From an uncultured Actinomycetes bacterium (lineage in GTDB: Bacteria > Actinomycetota > UBA4738 > JBBDTT01), in assembly GCA_963742735.1 (NCBI GenBank), contig CAVUMN010000001.1, positions 160,001 to 224,000 on the forward strand: a stretch of 64,000 nucleotides of DNA, written 5' to 3'. The first letter of the stretch is position 1. The number at the start of each line of letters is the position of its first letter. The position numbers were made by a program, and so were the translations under genes. Of the stretch, positions 9,338 through 20,017 are shown one piece after another. The notes under the pieces are model-generated. The model was not told where the DNA came from and made no database searches. It worked only from the letters and a program-made list of their open reading frames with translations.

Positions 9338-10063
9338 TTACGCCGGTGATACCTGCGGGCCGAGTCGAAGCGCGGGGGCCTGCGGCACGCGAACATCGAT
9401 CAGCCGCACCGCCCTCCCCTCCCCCCGGGCCCACGAAAGCAGGGCCAGGATCGACGCGTTCTTCTGCGAACGCTCCCGCCCGGAGCCGTAGAGGATCCGA
9501 GTCCCGGAGGCCAGGCCGAGCTCGACCGCCTGCGCGTCCTCCCGGGCGTCCACGATCGTCAGGCGGCGGGGCAACGACGCGATCACCGAGACGACCGCGG
9601 CGGCCCGCTCGACACGTACCCCCGGCGCGGGGAGTGACCCGCCGATCCGCATGTCGAGGACCGGCAACGAGGGCCGATCCCGGCCCGTGGCCAGTACGAC
9701 CGCGTCGCCCGCGAGGGTCACCCACCGTCCGGCCACCCGAACCGTCGCCACCGCCGAACGCTCCTCGATCGTGATCGACACCGAGTCGGGAAGGTCTCGG
9801 CCGACGCGGGCGTCGGCGACCCACGGGCTCGCTTCGAGCCGTCGCGCGATCTCGTCCGGCGACATGCGGACGACGTTCGTCGTCGCGGCGATCCCGGCCA
9901 TCGAGAGGACCGCGTCCCGGGACAGGCGGTGGTTCCCCTGCACCCGGACGTCGTGCGCGTGAAAGACCGGGGTGTTCACCGCGCCCCAGGCCGCGGACGC
10001 GATACCCACGAGTGCCGCCGCTGTGACGGCCGCGACGCGGGCGCCCTCAGCCGGTCGTCGCAT
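9338..10063 (-). CDS. ftsQ: Cell division protein FtsQ/DivIB
   Basis: N-terminal TM, POTRA-like VRVQGNHRLSRDAVL...PWVADARV..LPDSVSITIEER, C-terminal IDVRVPQAP. Confidence 0.88.
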   Translation of the reverse strand: MRRPAEGARVAAVTAAALVGIASAAWGAVNTPVFHAHDVRVQGNHRLSRDAVLSMAGIAATTNVVRMSPDEIARRLEASPWVADARVGRDLPDSVSITIEERSAVATVRVAGRWVTLAGDAVVLATGRDRPSLPVLDMRIGGSLPAPGVRVERAAAVVSVIASLPRRLTIVDAREDAQAVELGLASGTRILYGSGRERSQKNASILALLSWARGEGRAVRLIDVRVPQAPALRLGPQVSPA

Positions 10064-10982
10064 CCTGGAACTCCCCAACGAAGCGCACCTCCGTCTCGAG
10101 CGCGACGCCGAACGAATCGGCAACGCGCGCCTGTATCTGTTGGATCAGCTCCGCGACGTCCCCGGCGCGCGCGCCGCGATCCGCCACGATGAAGTTCGCG
10201 TGTTTCGTCGACACCTCGACACCACCGACCCGCAGGCCCTTGGCGCCGATGGCCTCGACGAGGCGCGCGGCGTGGTCGCCCGGAGGATTCTTGAAGACGC
10301 TCCCGCAGTTGGGCTGGGCGAGCGGTTGCGTCCGCCGGCGCCATTCGCGAGCCTCGTCCATCAGCTCCCGGATCCGCTCGGGCTCGCCGGGCGCCAGCCG
10401 AACGCGCGCCCCGACCACCACGCTCTCATCCCCCAGCGCCGAGGTCCGGTACTCGAAGCGGGCCTCCTCGGCCGGGATCCACCGGCGCGCGCCCTCCGGC
10501 AGCGAGAACACCTCCATCGCCGCCAGCACGTCGGAGATCGAGCGATCGTGGGCGCCGGCGTTCATGCGAACCGCCCCACCCAGCGTGGCCGGGATGGCCA
10601 CCCCGAACTCGAGCCCGGCGAGGTGATGGAGCAGGGCGACGCCGGAGAGCGCGGGAAGGGGCATCGCCCCGCCCGCGGTCAGCTCGCTCCCCTGCCGGGC
10701 CGCCCAGCGGAACGGCTTGCCGAGCCTGAGCACGATCCCGGAGAAGCCGGTGTCCGAGACGAGGACGTTGGAGCCCTTGCCCAGGACGAGCACCGGCAGC
10801 TCGGCCGTGGCCGAGGCCTGGCCCGCGGCGACGAGGTCGTCGTCCGACTCCACCTCGAGATACAGGGCGGCCGGTCCGCCGATGCGGAAGGTGGTCAGCG
10901 GCGCCAGGGGGAACCGGCTCCGGACTCGCTCTCCAGACGCGGCACGCAGGATCTCCTCCGCCTTCCGAACGTCCCCGGTCAT
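10047..10982 (-). CDS. murB: UDP-N-acetylenolpyruvoylglucosamine reductase
   Basis: TTFRIGGPA, LGKGSNVL, GGAVRMNAGA, QPNCGSVFKNP, HANFIV, LETEV; start ATG 10982. Confidence 0.95.
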   Translation of the reverse strand: MTGDVRKAEEILRAASGERVRSRFPLAPLTTFRIGGPAALYLEVESDDDLVAAGQASATAELPVLVLGKGSNVLVSDTGFSGIVLRLGKPFRWAARQGSELTAGGAMPLPALSGVALLHHLAGLEFGVAIPATLGGAVRMNAGAHDRSISDVLAAMEVFSLPEGARRWIPAEEARFEYRTSALGDESVVVGARVRLAPGEPERIRELMDEAREWRRRTQPLAQPNCGSVFKNPPGDHAARLVEAIGAKGLRVGGVEVSTKHANFIVADRGARAGDVAELIQQIQARVADSFGVALETEVRFVGEFQDATTG

Positions 10983-12400
10983 GCCGCCTCCTCGGTCAGA
11001 CGCTGGATCTCGTCGGCGAGCATGGTGATGTCCCCGGCCCCAAGCGTGAGGACCAGGTCGCCGGGGCGGACGATCCGGGCCACGTATCGGGCGATCTCCG
11101 AGCGCCGCGGAAGGTAGGCCGCACGGGCCTCCGGCCGGCGCTCGAGCAGCGCGTCCACCAGGAGCTTGCCGGTGACTCCCGGGATCGGAGGCTCCCCGGC
11201 GCCGTACACGTCGGTGACGACCACCACGTCGGCGGCCTCCAGGCTCTCGCCGAGCGCGCGCCACATGGCGGCCGTCCGGGTGTACCGGTGCGGCTGGAAC
11301 ACGGCGATGACCCGGCCCGGCTCCAGGCTCCGCGCGGCCGCGAGGGTGGCGGCGATCTCCGACGGGTGGTGCGCGTAGTCGTCGACGAAGGCGGCGCCGC
11401 CCGCGATCCCCCGTTGCTCGAACCTCCGCCGGACGCCGGTGAAACCCTCCAACGCCGCGGCGGCGACGGCCGGGTCGAGACCCACCTCGCGCGCGGCGAG
11501 GACGACCGCGGCGGCGTTCAACAGGTTGTGCCGCCCCGGAACCGAGAGGCGCAGCGGAACCGTCAGTCCGTCGACCGTCAGGGACCCCGCGGCGCCTCCG
11601 TCCTGCGCCTCCCCTCCCGTGATCACGGCGTCGTTGTTCGCCTCGAACCCGTAGGTCACCAGGCGCGCGGCACGGCCGGAGCTCACGCGCCTCGCTCCGG
11701 GGTCGTCCCCGCAGGCCACCACGGCGTCACACCGCTCGCAGAACGCCCGGAACGCCGCCTCGATCTCCTCGGCTCCCGAGTAGAAGTCCAGGTGGTCCTC
11801 CTCGACGTTGGTCACGATGCCGACCGCCGGGGACAGCAGCAGGAAGGAGCCGTCGCTCTCGTCGGCCTCCGCGATCGCGACGTCGCCACGGCCCGCGCGC
11901 GCGTTCGAGCCGCTCTCGTTCAGCTCTCCGCCGATGACGTAGGTCGGATCCAGGCCGGCGGCCTCCAGGACCACGGCCCCGATCGAGGTGGTCGTCGTCT
12001 TGCCGTGGGTTCCCGCGACCGCGATGGTTCGGAACCCTCCCAGGAGGGCCGCCAGCGCCTGCGCCCGCATGTACACGGGAAGTCGCCGATCCTGGGCCGC
12101 CCGCAGCTCGAGGTTGGTCGGGGGGATCGCCGAGGAGATCACGACGACGTCGGGCTCCCCCACGTTCGCGGCGTCGTGCCCGACGGCGATCGTGGCGCCG
12201 AGCGCTCGCAGCGCCTCGAGCCCGTGCGAGTCCTTCAGGTCGGACCCGCTCACCTCGACATCGCGGGCCAGGAACAGCCGGGCGATCCCGCTCATGCCCG
12301 CGCCGCCGACGCCCACCAGGTGGGCACGACGCACGCCTGCCAGGTCCGGCACCGAGAGGGTGGGGATGGTGCCCGGCCGCGGCTCGTACCGGGCGGTCAT
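10979..12400 (-). CDS. murC: UDP-N-acetylmuramate--L-alanine ligase
   Basis: HLVGVGGAGMSG, AGTHGKTTTT, EADESDGSF, DDYAHHP, FQPHRYTRT; start ATG 12400. Confidence 0.97.
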   Translation of the reverse strand: MTARYEPRPGTIPTLSVPDLAGVRRAHLVGVGGAGMSGIARLFLARDVEVSGSDLKDSHGLEALRALGATIAVGHDAANVGEPDVVVISSAIPPTNLELRAAQDRRLPVYMRAQALAALLGGFRTIAVAGTHGKTTTTSIGAVVLEAAGLDPTYVIGGELNESGSNARAGRGDVAIAEADESDGSFLLLSPAVGIVTNVEEDHLDFYSGAEEIEAAFRAFCERCDAVVACGDDPGARRVSSGRAARLVTYGFEANNDAVITGGEAQDGGAAGSLTVDGLTVPLRLSVPGRHNLLNAAAVVLAAREVGLDPAVAAAALEGFTGVRRRFEQRGIAGGAAFVDDYAHHPSEIAATLAAARSLEPGRVIAVFQPHRYTRTAAMWRALGESLEAADVVVVTDVYGAGEPPIPGVTGKLLVDALLERRPEARAAYLPRRSEIARYVARIVRPGDLVLTLGAGDITMLADEIQRLTEEAA

Positions 12401-13506
12401 CCGGCCACCTCCAGCACGAGGTCGGCGAGCCGCTCGGCGGCGTCTGGGCGGCCGAACCTCTGTGACGCGTCGGCCATGGCGTGCAGCCGCTCGTCGAACC
12501 CGATGAGGTCCTCGATGCGCGCGGCCAGCGTGTCCGCGGTGACCTGGTCGTCGAGCAGCACGCTCGCGCCGCCGGCGCGCTGAAGCGCCCGCGCGTTCGC
12601 CTCCTGATGACGGCCGGTCGCGTACGGATACGGCACCAGCACCGCCGGAAGGCCGCACACCGTGAGCTCCGCGATGGTCGTCGCGCCCGCGCGGCTGACC
12701 ACCAGGTCCGCGGCGGCGTACGCCAGCTCCATCCGCTCCAGGAAGGGCACGGTCCGTACGATGAGCTTGCCGTCCTGGGGCACGGCCTGAGAGATCGCCT
12801 CGTGGTGCGCGGGGCCCGTGAGGATCACGAGCTGCAGGTCGTCGCGGTTGCCGAGGAGCCTGGCGGCGCCGGCCGCCGCCTGGTTCAGGTGCAGCGCTCC
12901 CTGGCTGCCCCCGAACAGGACCACGGTTCGGCGCTCGTCCGCGAGGCCGAGCTCGACCCGGGCCTCGGCGAGCAGGGCGTCGCGGTTCGGGACCACGGTG
13001 CGGATCACCTCGCGGACCGGGTTGCCCGTCACCACCATGCGGCGCCGGCGAGGGAACCACCGCCTGGACTCCGCGAACGACACCGCGATCGCCGCGGCCA
13101 CGCGACCTCCCACCCGGTTGGCCAACCCCGTCACGGCGTTCTGCTCGTGGACGACCACCGGCCGGTGCTCTCGGCGCGCCGCCAGGACGGCGGGGACGCT
13201 GGCGTAGCCGCCCATCCCGAGGACCACGTCGGACTCGCGGACCAGCTCTCGGCACGTTCCGAAGGCACGGGCCACCGCGATCGGCGCCTCCAGCGCGCGG
13301 AGGGAGAGCGCCCGCACGAAGGGTCGCGAGGCCACGGTGACGAGTGGGTAGCCGGCGGCCGGCACGAGCCGCACCTCCTGGCCGCGGTCGGTTCCGAGGA
13401 ACCGCACCTCGTGACCGCGTTCGCGAAGCACGTTCGCCGCGGCAAGCCCGGGAAACACGTGACCGGCCGTTCCTCCGCCCGCCACGAGGATCCGGCGGCC
13501 GCTCAT
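12397..13506 (-). CDS. murG: Lipid II synthase MurG
   Basis: AGGGTAGHVFP, GGYAS, HEQN, GNPVR, GGSQGA, SRAGATT, HQEANA; start ATG 13506. Confidence 0.97.
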   Translation of the reverse strand: MSGRRILVAGGGTAGHVFPGLAAANVLRERGHEVRFLGTDRGQEVRLVPAAGYPLVTVASRPFVRALSLRALEAPIAVARAFGTCRELVRESDVVLGMGGYASVPAVLAARREHRPVVVHEQNAVTGLANRVGGRVAAAIAVSFAESRRWFPRRRRMVVTGNPVREVIRTVVPNRDALLAEARVELGLADERRTVVLFGGSQGALHLNQAAAGAARLLGNRDDLQLVILTGPAHHEAISQAVPQDGKLIVRTVPFLERMELAYAAADLVVSRAGATTIAELTVCGLPAVLVPYPYATGRHQEANARALQRAGGASVLLDDQVTADTLAARIEDLIGFDERLHAMADASQRFGRPDAAERLADLVLEVAG

Positions 13507-14735
13507 CGCCGGGCCCGTTCCGCGCGCGCACCCTCCCGGCCGATGTGCACCAGGACGCCGACCGCGGCGAGGCAGATCACGAGCGAGGACCCTCCGAACG
13601 AGACGAAGGGGAGCGGCACGCCGGTGATCGGCAACACCCCGGTCACGGCGCCGAGATTCAGCAGTGTCTGGAATCCCAGCCAGGCGACGATGCCCGCGGC
13701 GAACAGACGCGCGAACCGATCCCTGGCGCGAATGGCGATCCGCACGCCCGCGAACAGGAACGCCCCGAACGCGAGGAGCAACAGCAGGTTGCCCACGAAG
13801 CCGAGCTCCTCCCCGATGATCGAGAAGATGAAGTCGGTGTGCGCGTTGGGAACGTAGGACCACTTCTGGCGGCTGGCGCCGAGGCCAACCCCCAGCCAGG
13901 ACCCGGAGGCGAGCCCGATCAGCGACTGGACGATCTGGAACCCCTTGTTCAGCGAGTCCTCGAACGGATGCAGGAACGCGAAGAACCGCACCTTGCGGTA
14001 CTCCGAGGACATGATCAGCACGGAGCCGAGGAGCAGGCTCATCCCGCCGGCCATCGCCAGGTGCCGGAGACGGACGCCGGCCGCGAACAGCATCAGGAAC
14101 ACCGTGGCCGCCAGGACGATGGTCGTTCCCAGGTCGGGCTGGAGCAGGACCAACCCGCAGACCACCGCCACGATCGGCAGGAGCGGGAGCGCGACCTGAA
14201 CGGGATCGTTCAGCAGCTTCCACTTGCGAGCCAGCACCGTCGCGGTGAGCGCCACCACCGCGAGCTTCGCCATCTCTGAGGGCTGGACCGTGAACCCGCC
14301 GATCGCGATCCATCGGGCGGAGCCGCCGGCGATGGTCCCGACGCCCGGCAGAAGCACCAGGACCAGGAACACCGCGGAGACCGCCGTGAACGGCAGCGCC
14401 AGGCGCTGCCATGCCTGGAGCCGCATGCGCGACGTGACCAGCATCGCCAGCGAACCGAGCACCGCGTAGATCAGCTGGCGCTTGAAGAAGGTGAAGCTCG
14501 AGCCCGTCTCCTCGAACGCCGAGACCGAGCTCGCGGAGAGCACCATGATCAGGCCCGCGGCGACCAGGAAGAACGTCGCGATCAGCAGGACGCCCACGGA
14601 ACGGTCCCGCCGGACGTCGGCGGCGCGCCGCTGCCGGCGCAGCTCGCGGCGGGACGGGCGATCCTGCGGGCCGAGCACGCGCAGGGCCGGACGCCTCGAC
14701 TGGGGTCGCGTCCTTGGCCGGGGCTCAGCTTGCAT
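13503..14735 (-). CDS. ftsW: SEDS peptidoglycan polymerase FtsW
   Basis: GSARWI, QPSEMAK, QPDLGT, PNAHTDFIFSIIGEELG, TGVPLPFVSFGGSS. Confidence 0.96.
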   Translation of the reverse strand: MQAEPRPRTRPQSRRPALRVLGPQDRPSRRELRRQRRAADVRRDRSVGVLLIATFFLVAAGLIMVLSASSVSAFEETGSSFTFFKRQLIYAVLGSLAMLVTSRMRLQAWQRLALPFTAVSAVFLVLVLLPGVGTIAGGSARWIAIGGFTVQPSEMAKLAVVALTATVLARKWKLLNDPVQVALPLLPIVAVVCGLVLLQPDLGTTIVLAATVFLMLFAAGVRLRHLAMAGGMSLLLGSVLIMSSEYRKVRFFAFLHPFEDSLNKGFQIVQSLIGLASGSWLGVGLGASRQKWSYVPNAHTDFIFSIIGEELGFVGNLLLLLAFGAFLFAGVRIAIRARDRFARLFAAGIVAWLGFQTLLNLGAVTGVLPITGVPLPFVSFGGSSLVICLAAVGVLVHIGREGARAERARR

Positions 14736-16071
14736 GGGTGGGGCTCCCCTCGATATGGCGCATCACGGCGTTCGTGAAGCGCTCGCCGCGTTCGGCGTAG
14801 TCGCGGAACATGTCCTGGCTCGCGCACGCCGGCGCGAGCACCACCCAGCCACCCTCGGACGCCAGACGGGCGGCGCGCTCCACGGCGTCCTCCATCGAGC
14901 TCGAACGCTCGGTGGGTACCAGTCCGTCGAACAGGGACTCGAGCTCCCCCGCGGCCTCGCCGATGGTTACGACCGCGGTCAGGGACGGGGCCAGGCGCGC
15001 GAGCGGCGAGAGATCCACGCCCTTGCTGCGGCCTCCCGCGATGAGCACGACGTCTCGCAGCCCCTCGACCGCCGCCAGCGTGGCGTGCGGGTTGGTGGCC
15101 TTCGAGTCGTCCACGTAGCGAACGCCGCTCGACTCGGCAACGACGCCCCCCCGGTGGGCGAGCGGGGCGAAGGCGCACACGGCCTCGCCCGCAGCCTGCG
15201 GATCGATCCCGAAGCCGATGGCCGTCGCGGTCGCCGCGGCGGCGTCCGCCCGATGCGACGCGCTGTCGTGGACGGGGACGCCGAGCCGGATCTCTCCATC
15301 GAGACGCGACACGAGGGTCTCCCCCACGTAGCCCACCTGACCCTCGCCGGGCTCGGCCAGGGTGAACCACACCACCCGGCACGAGGCCCCACGGGAGAGC
15401 TCCGCGGCTCGGGCATCGTCGCGATTCCCCACGTGCACGTCGTCGCCCGACTGGTTCTCGAAGAGCCGTCCCTTCGCCTCGACGTAGGCGCCGACGCTGC
15501 CGTGCCAGTCCAGGTGATCGGGGGCGAGGTTCAGGAGCACCGAGGCGCGCGGGTGGAAGGTCTCGTGAAATCGAAGCTGGAACGAGGACACCTCGACGGC
15601 CAGCGCGTGATGCGACTCCCGCGCGGCAAGCGAGAACGGATACCCCACGTTCCCGCAGGCGAGCGCGTCGAGCCCGGCCTCGCGCATGGCCGCCGCGAGC
15701 ATCTCGGTCGTCGTCGTCTTGCCGTTGGTGCCGGTGACGGCGGCATAGGGGGCGATCGCCAGGCGCGCCCCGAGCTCCAGCTCGCTCCAGATCGGCACGT
15801 TGGCCTTTCGCGCCCACCCCAGGACCTCGGCGCCCTCCGGCACTCCCGGACTGGTCACCACGAGTGTCGCACCGTCGAGCTGCGCGGGCGTGTGGCCGCC
15901 GGTCGTCACCACGACGCCGAGGCGGGCGAGGTCCGGCGGTGCCACGACGTCCGCCCGGGCCTCGGTCACCAGGACGCGGGCCCCCTCCTCGGCCAGGACC
16001 CGGGCCGCCGCGGCGCCGGCCACGCCGAGACCGATCACCACGGCGCGCTCGCCCGCGAAGCGTCCGCTCAT
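14725..16071 (-). CDS. murD: UDP-MurNAc-L-Ala--D-glutamate ligase
   Basis: TSPGVP, TGTNGKTTT, EVSSFQL, PDHLDWH, DDSKATN, PACASQDMF; start ATG 16071. Confidence 0.96.
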   Translation of the reverse strand: MSGRFAGERAVVIGLGVAGAAAARVLAEEGARVLVTEARADVVAPPDLARLGVVVTTGGHTPAQLDGATLVVTSPGVPEGAEVLGWARKANVPIWSELELGARLAIAPYAAVTGTNGKTTTTEMLAAAMREAGLDALACGNVGYPFSLAARESHHALAVEVSSFQLRFHETFHPRASVLLNLAPDHLDWHGSVGAYVEAKGRLFENQSGDDVHVGNRDDARAAELSRGASCRVVWFTLAEPGEGQVGYVGETLVSRLDGEIRLGVPVHDSASHRADAAAATATAIGFGIDPQAAGEAVCAFAPLAHRGGVVAESSGVRYVDDSKATNPHATLAAVEGLRDVVLIAGGRSKGVDLSPLARLAPSLTAVVTIGEAAGELESLFDGLVPTERSSSMEDAVERAARLASEGGWVVLAPACASQDMFRDYAERGERFTNAVMRHIEGSPTHAS

Positions 16072-17108
16072 CTCGTCCCCGCCAGGAACTCCGCGTAGAA
16101 CAGCCCCAGCCCCAGCGCGACGGACAGCCCGCACACGATCCAGAACCGCACGATCACCGTGAACTCCGGCCATCCCGACAGCTCGAAGTGGTGATGGATC
16201 GGGGCCATCTTGAACACGCGCCGGTGAAACACCCGGAACGAGACCACCTGGAGCACGACCGAGGTGGTCTCCAGGACGAACAGGCCGCCGATGATGATCA
16301 GCAGGAGGTGCGTGTTGGTGAGGATGGCCATGGCGGCGAGCAGGCCGCCCAGCGCCAGCGACCCGGTGTCGCCCATGAAGATCTTCGCGGGGGCCGCGTT
16401 CCACCACAGGAAGCCCGCGATCCCGCCGAGCGCGCAGGCCGCGACCACGGCGAGCTCCAGCCCCTCCTGCACGTCGTAGAAGCTCGAGTTGCGCGCCTGC
16501 CAGAAGGCGATCACCACGTAGGCCGCCATCACGAGGGCCATCGAGCCCGAGGCGAGCCCGTCCAGGCCGTCGGTGAGGTTCACCCCGTTCGCCGAGGCGG
16601 ACATGATGATCAGGACCCACACGTAGAAGAAGACGCCGAGGTCGAGCCCGGACTCGCGGATGAACGAGAGGAACGTGGAGGCGCCGGCGAAGTGCACCGC
16701 GGCGAATCCGAACCCCACCGCGACGGTGGCCTGTCCGAGGATCTTCGCGGTCTTGTTCAGCCCCAGGGAACGCCGCCGCCGGATCTTGATCTGATCGTCG
16801 ATGAAGCCGACGAGTCCCATCCCCACGGTGGCCCCGAGGACCGAGAGGGCCGTCGGAGAGACACGGCTCGTCGTCGCCAGCCGGGACACGAAGTAGGCGA
16901 TGACCATCGCCCCGATGAACACGACGCCGCCGCACGTGGGCGTGCCCATCTTCTCCAGGTGCGCGTGATGCGCCTGCGGGTGGTCGCCGGCCCAGTCCTC
17001 GCGGATGTGCTGTCCCCACTCCCACGTTCGGAACAACCGGATCGCCAGCGGCGTGCCGAGGATCGAAAGGAGGAACGCCACCCCCGCGGCGACGAGGATG
17101 GCCCTCAC
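16068..17108 (-). CDS. mraY: Phospho-MurNAc-pentapeptide translocase
   Basis: KMGTPTCGG, GFIDD, NGVNLTDGLDGL, IFMGDTGSLALG, MAPIHHHFE; start GTG 17108. Confidence 0.97.
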   Translation of the reverse strand: MRAILVAAGVAFLLSILGTPLAIRLFRTWEWGQHIREDWAGDHPQAHHAHLEKMGTPTCGGVVFIGAMVIAYFVSRLATTSRVSPTALSVLGATVGMGLVGFIDDQIKIRRRRSLGLNKTAKILGQATVAVGFGFAAVHFAGASTFLSFIRESGLDLGVFFYVWVLIIMSASANGVNLTDGLDGLASGSMALVMAAYVVIAFWQARNSSFYDVQEGLELAVVAACALGGIAGFLWWNAAPAKIFMGDTGSLALGGLLAAMAILTNTHLLLIIIGGLFVLETTSVVLQVVSFRVFHRRVFKMAPIHHHFELSGWPEFTVIVRFWIVCGLSVALGLGLFYAEFLAGTR

Positions 17109-18484
17109 GCGGCGTCCTCCTCGAGCAGCGCGGCGACCAGGCGCTCGAGGCCCATGACGCGCGACGCCTTCACCAACACGACGTCGCCCGGGCGGACCAG
17201 CTCGCGAAGGGCCGCCAGCGCCTCGTCCACGGTGTCGCACTCGCGAACGTGCCCGGGCTCGACGCCCTCGCGGGTAGCCCCGCGGGCGATCGTCCGGCCG
17301 AGCTCGCCGATCGTGACGAGCTCCTCGATCCCCAGCCGCGCGACCTGCTCTCCGATCCGGTCGTGCTCCTCGATCGCGGCCTCGCCGAGCTCGGCCATCT
17401 CCCCGAGCACCGCGACGCAGCGCCGGTCCCGAGCCATCCACCGCGCCGCCTTCAACGCGGCCGCCATCGAGGTCGGATTCGCGTTGTAGGCGTCGTTCAC
17501 GACCCGGACCCCGTCCGCGCGGTCGCGCACGTCCATGCGCCATCCCGAGACCGTCGCCCCCTTCAGGGCGGACGCGCACTCGGCCACCGTGACCCCCAGC
17601 GCGATCCCCGCGCCGGCCGCGGCGAGGGCGTTCGGGACCATGTGCTCCCCCGGGACCGCGAGCTCGACGCGCCCCTCCTCGTCCCGCCAGGCCAGGGTGA
17701 AGGCGGCGCGGGCGTCGGCGTCCAGCGCCACGTCGCGCGCGACCACGTCCGCCTCGTCCGAGGTCCCGTACAGCATCACGCGCGCCGAGGTGTGCTCCCC
17801 GAACCGCGACACGACCGGGTCGTCGGCGTTCAGGACCGCGAACCCGTTCTCGGGGAGGGACTGGACCAGCTCGGCCTTGGCGCGGGCCACCGTCTCGAGC
17901 GACCGGAACATCTCCAGGTGCGCCGGACCGACGTTCGTGACGACCCCCACCGTGGGACGCGCGGCACGGCACAGCATGGCGACGTGGCCGATCCCACGGC
18001 TGCCCATCTCCAGGACGAGGGTCTCCGTCCCATCGGGCGCGTTGAGGATCGTCAGCGGCACGCCGACCTCGGTGTTGAAGGAGCGCGGACTCGAGTGGAC
18101 CCGGAAACGCGATGCCACGACGGCCGCGGTGAGGTCCTTCGTCGTCGTCTTCCCGGTCGAGCCGGTGATGCCCACCACCGGGCCCGGGAACGCGGCCCGT
18201 TCCGCGGCGGCCAGCGCCAGCAGGGCCTCGCCCACGTCGGCCACGCGGACGACGGGCCCGGCCCACCCCTCGCCCCGCGAGATCATCGCGGCCGCGGCGC
18301 CCGCCTCGAACGAGGCCTCGACGAAGCCGTGTCCGTCGTGGTGCTCACCGGGCAGGGCCACGAACAACGCCCCGGCGAGATCCGCCCGACTGTCCGTGAC
18401 CACGCGCGTCATGGACTCGACGTTCGCGCCGTCCACCCGGCCGCCGACGGCCCGGGCGATCTCCTCGAGCGAACGAGGCCTCAC
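17105..18484 (-). CDS. murF: UDP-MurNAc-tripeptide--D-Ala-D-Ala ligase
   Basis: ITGSTGKTTTKD, FNTEVGVPLT, NDAYNANPTSM, VLGEMAELG, LVKASR; start GTG 18484. Confidence 0.96.
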   Translation of the reverse strand: MRPRSLEEIARAVGGRVDGANVESMTRVVTDSRADLAGALFVALPGEHHDGHGFVEASFEAGAAAAMISRGEGWAGPVVRVADVGEALLALAAAERAAFPGPVVGITGSTGKTTTKDLTAAVVASRFRVHSSPRSFNTEVGVPLTILNAPDGTETLVLEMGSRGIGHVAMLCRAARPTVGVVTNVGPAHLEMFRSLETVARAKAELVQSLPENGFAVLNADDPVVSRFGEHTSARVMLYGTSDEADVVARDVALDADARAAFTLAWRDEEGRVELAVPGEHMVPNALAAAGAGIALGVTVAECASALKGATVSGWRMDVRDRADGVRVVNDAYNANPTSMAAALKAARWMARDRRCVAVLGEMAELGEAAIEEHDRIGEQVARLGIEELVTIGELGRTIARGATREGVEPGHVRECDTVDEALAALRELVRPGDVVLVKASRVMGLERLVAALLEEDAA

Positions 18485-19947
18485 CGCGATCCCTCCAGCG
18501 CCTCGAGCTCCTCGCGCGCGACGACGCGGTCGTCGAACGGGAGCGTGCGGTCCGCGAACTCCTGGCCGGACTCGTGGCCCTTGCCGGCGATGACGACCAC
18601 GTCGCCGGCCGCGGCCCGCGAGAACGCCAGCCGGATCGCCTCCCGACGGTCGGGCTCGACGACGTACTCCCCACCGCCCCGCGCCGCCCCCGGCTCGATC
18701 TCGGCGATGATCGCCAGCGGATCCTCCGAACGCGGGTTGTCGCTGGTGATGACCGCGAGGTCCGCCCCGCGCGTGGCGGCCTCCCCCATCAGGGGCCGCT
18801 TGCCGCGGTCCCGGTCCCCGCCGCAGCCCAGCACGACGATGAGCCGCCCGGCGGCGAGCGGGCGCGCCGCGGCCAGCACGTTCTCCACGGAGTCCGGCGT
18901 GTGCGCGTAGTCCACGAGCACCAGGAAATCCTGCCCGGCCTCGACCGGCTCGATGCGTCCCGGCACCCCGGAGAGCTCCGCGATGCCACGGACGATCGCG
19001 TCGTCCGGGAGGCCCACCTGGCGGGCGGTCGCCATCGCGGCGAGCGCGTTGTAGACGCTGAAGCGGCCTCGGAGGCTCGAGACGACGTCCAGGCCGTCGG
19101 CGCGGAACGCCACGCCCTCGGCGCTCACCCGCACCCGCTCGGCCCGGAGGTCCGCGTCCTCGGCGTCGATCCCGAAGGTGAGGGTGTCGAGCTCCGGCCG
19201 TACCAGCGTGCGTCCCGCGGGGTCGTCGACGTTCACGGCCGCCCGGTCGGCGAGCCCGGAGGTGAAGAGCCGGGCCTTGGCCGCCAGGTAGGCCTCGAGC
19301 GAGCCGTGGTAGTCCAGGTGATCCTGGGAGAGGTTGGTGAAGGCCGCGCACGCGAACCGGGCGCCGCCCACACGGTGCTGCTCGAGCCCGTGGGAGGAGA
19401 CCTCCATGGCCACGGCCCGGACCCCTGCGTCGGCCATCCGCCGCAGCAGCCGGTGCAGGTCCGGCGCCTCCGGGGTGGTGCGATCCTGCGGGATCGGGGT
19501 CCCGTCGAGCCGGACGCCCGTCGTCCCGATGACGCCGGGGGCGAGCCCCGCCTCCCTGAAGATCGACTCGAGCAGGTACGTCGTCGTCGTCTTCCCGTTC
19601 GTCCCGGTCACCCCCACCAGCGTGAGCTCGCGGTCGGGGTGGGCGAACAGCTCCGCGGCGATGGGGCCCATCGCGGCCCGCACCGACTCCACGACCACGC
19701 GCGCGAGCGGAGCGTCCACCTCGCGTTCGACCAGACACGCCGCCGCGCCGTTGGCGGCCGCCTCCCCGACGTAGTCGTGGCCGTCGGCCCGCGTTCCGGG
19801 TACCGCACAGAACAGCGCGCCGGGCGAGACGTCCGAGGTGCGGTACGCGACGTCGGTGATCTCCGGGTCGGCATCGTCCGTCCGCGCGACGCCGGCGAGC
19901 GGCGCCACGAGTTCGGAGAGCCGGCGAGGGTGGGGGGAGCCGAGCAT
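18481..19947 (-). CDS. murE: UDP-MurNAc-dipeptide--diaminopimelate ligase
   Basis: TGTNGKTTT, MEVSSH, DYAHTPD, GCGGDRD, GKGHE. The TSDNPR (DNPR) motif indicates a DAP-specific enzyme. Start uncertain (19947 or 20007). Confidence 0.96.
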   Translation of the reverse strand: MLGSPHPRRLSELVAPLAGVARTDDADPEITDVAYRTSDVSPGALFCAVPGTRADGHDYVGEAAANGAAACLVEREVDAPLARVVVESVRAAMGPIAAELFAHPDRELTLVGVTGTNGKTTTTYLLESIFREAGLAPGVIGTTGVRLDGTPIPQDRTTPEAPDLHRLLRRMADAGVRAVAMEVSSHGLEQHRVGGARFACAAFTNLSQDHLDYHGSLEAYLAAKARLFTSGLADRAAVNVDDPAGRTLVRPELDTLTFGIDAEDADLRAERVRVSAEGVAFRADGLDVVSSLRGRFSVYNALAAMATARQVGLPDDAIVRGIAELSGVPGRIEPVEAGQDFLVLVDYAHTPDSVENVLAAARPLAAGRLIVVLGCGGDRDRGKRPLMGEAATRGADLAVITSDNPRSEDPLAIIAEIEPGAARGGGEYVVEPDRREAIRLAFSRAAAGDVVVIAGKGHESGQEFADRTLPFDDRVVAREELEALEGSR

Positions 19948-20017
19948 CGGTGTGGTGGAGGCGGGCGCGCGCCCGGGGACTTCACCGGAAGCGCGTGAGT
20001 CTAGCATCGGGGCCGCC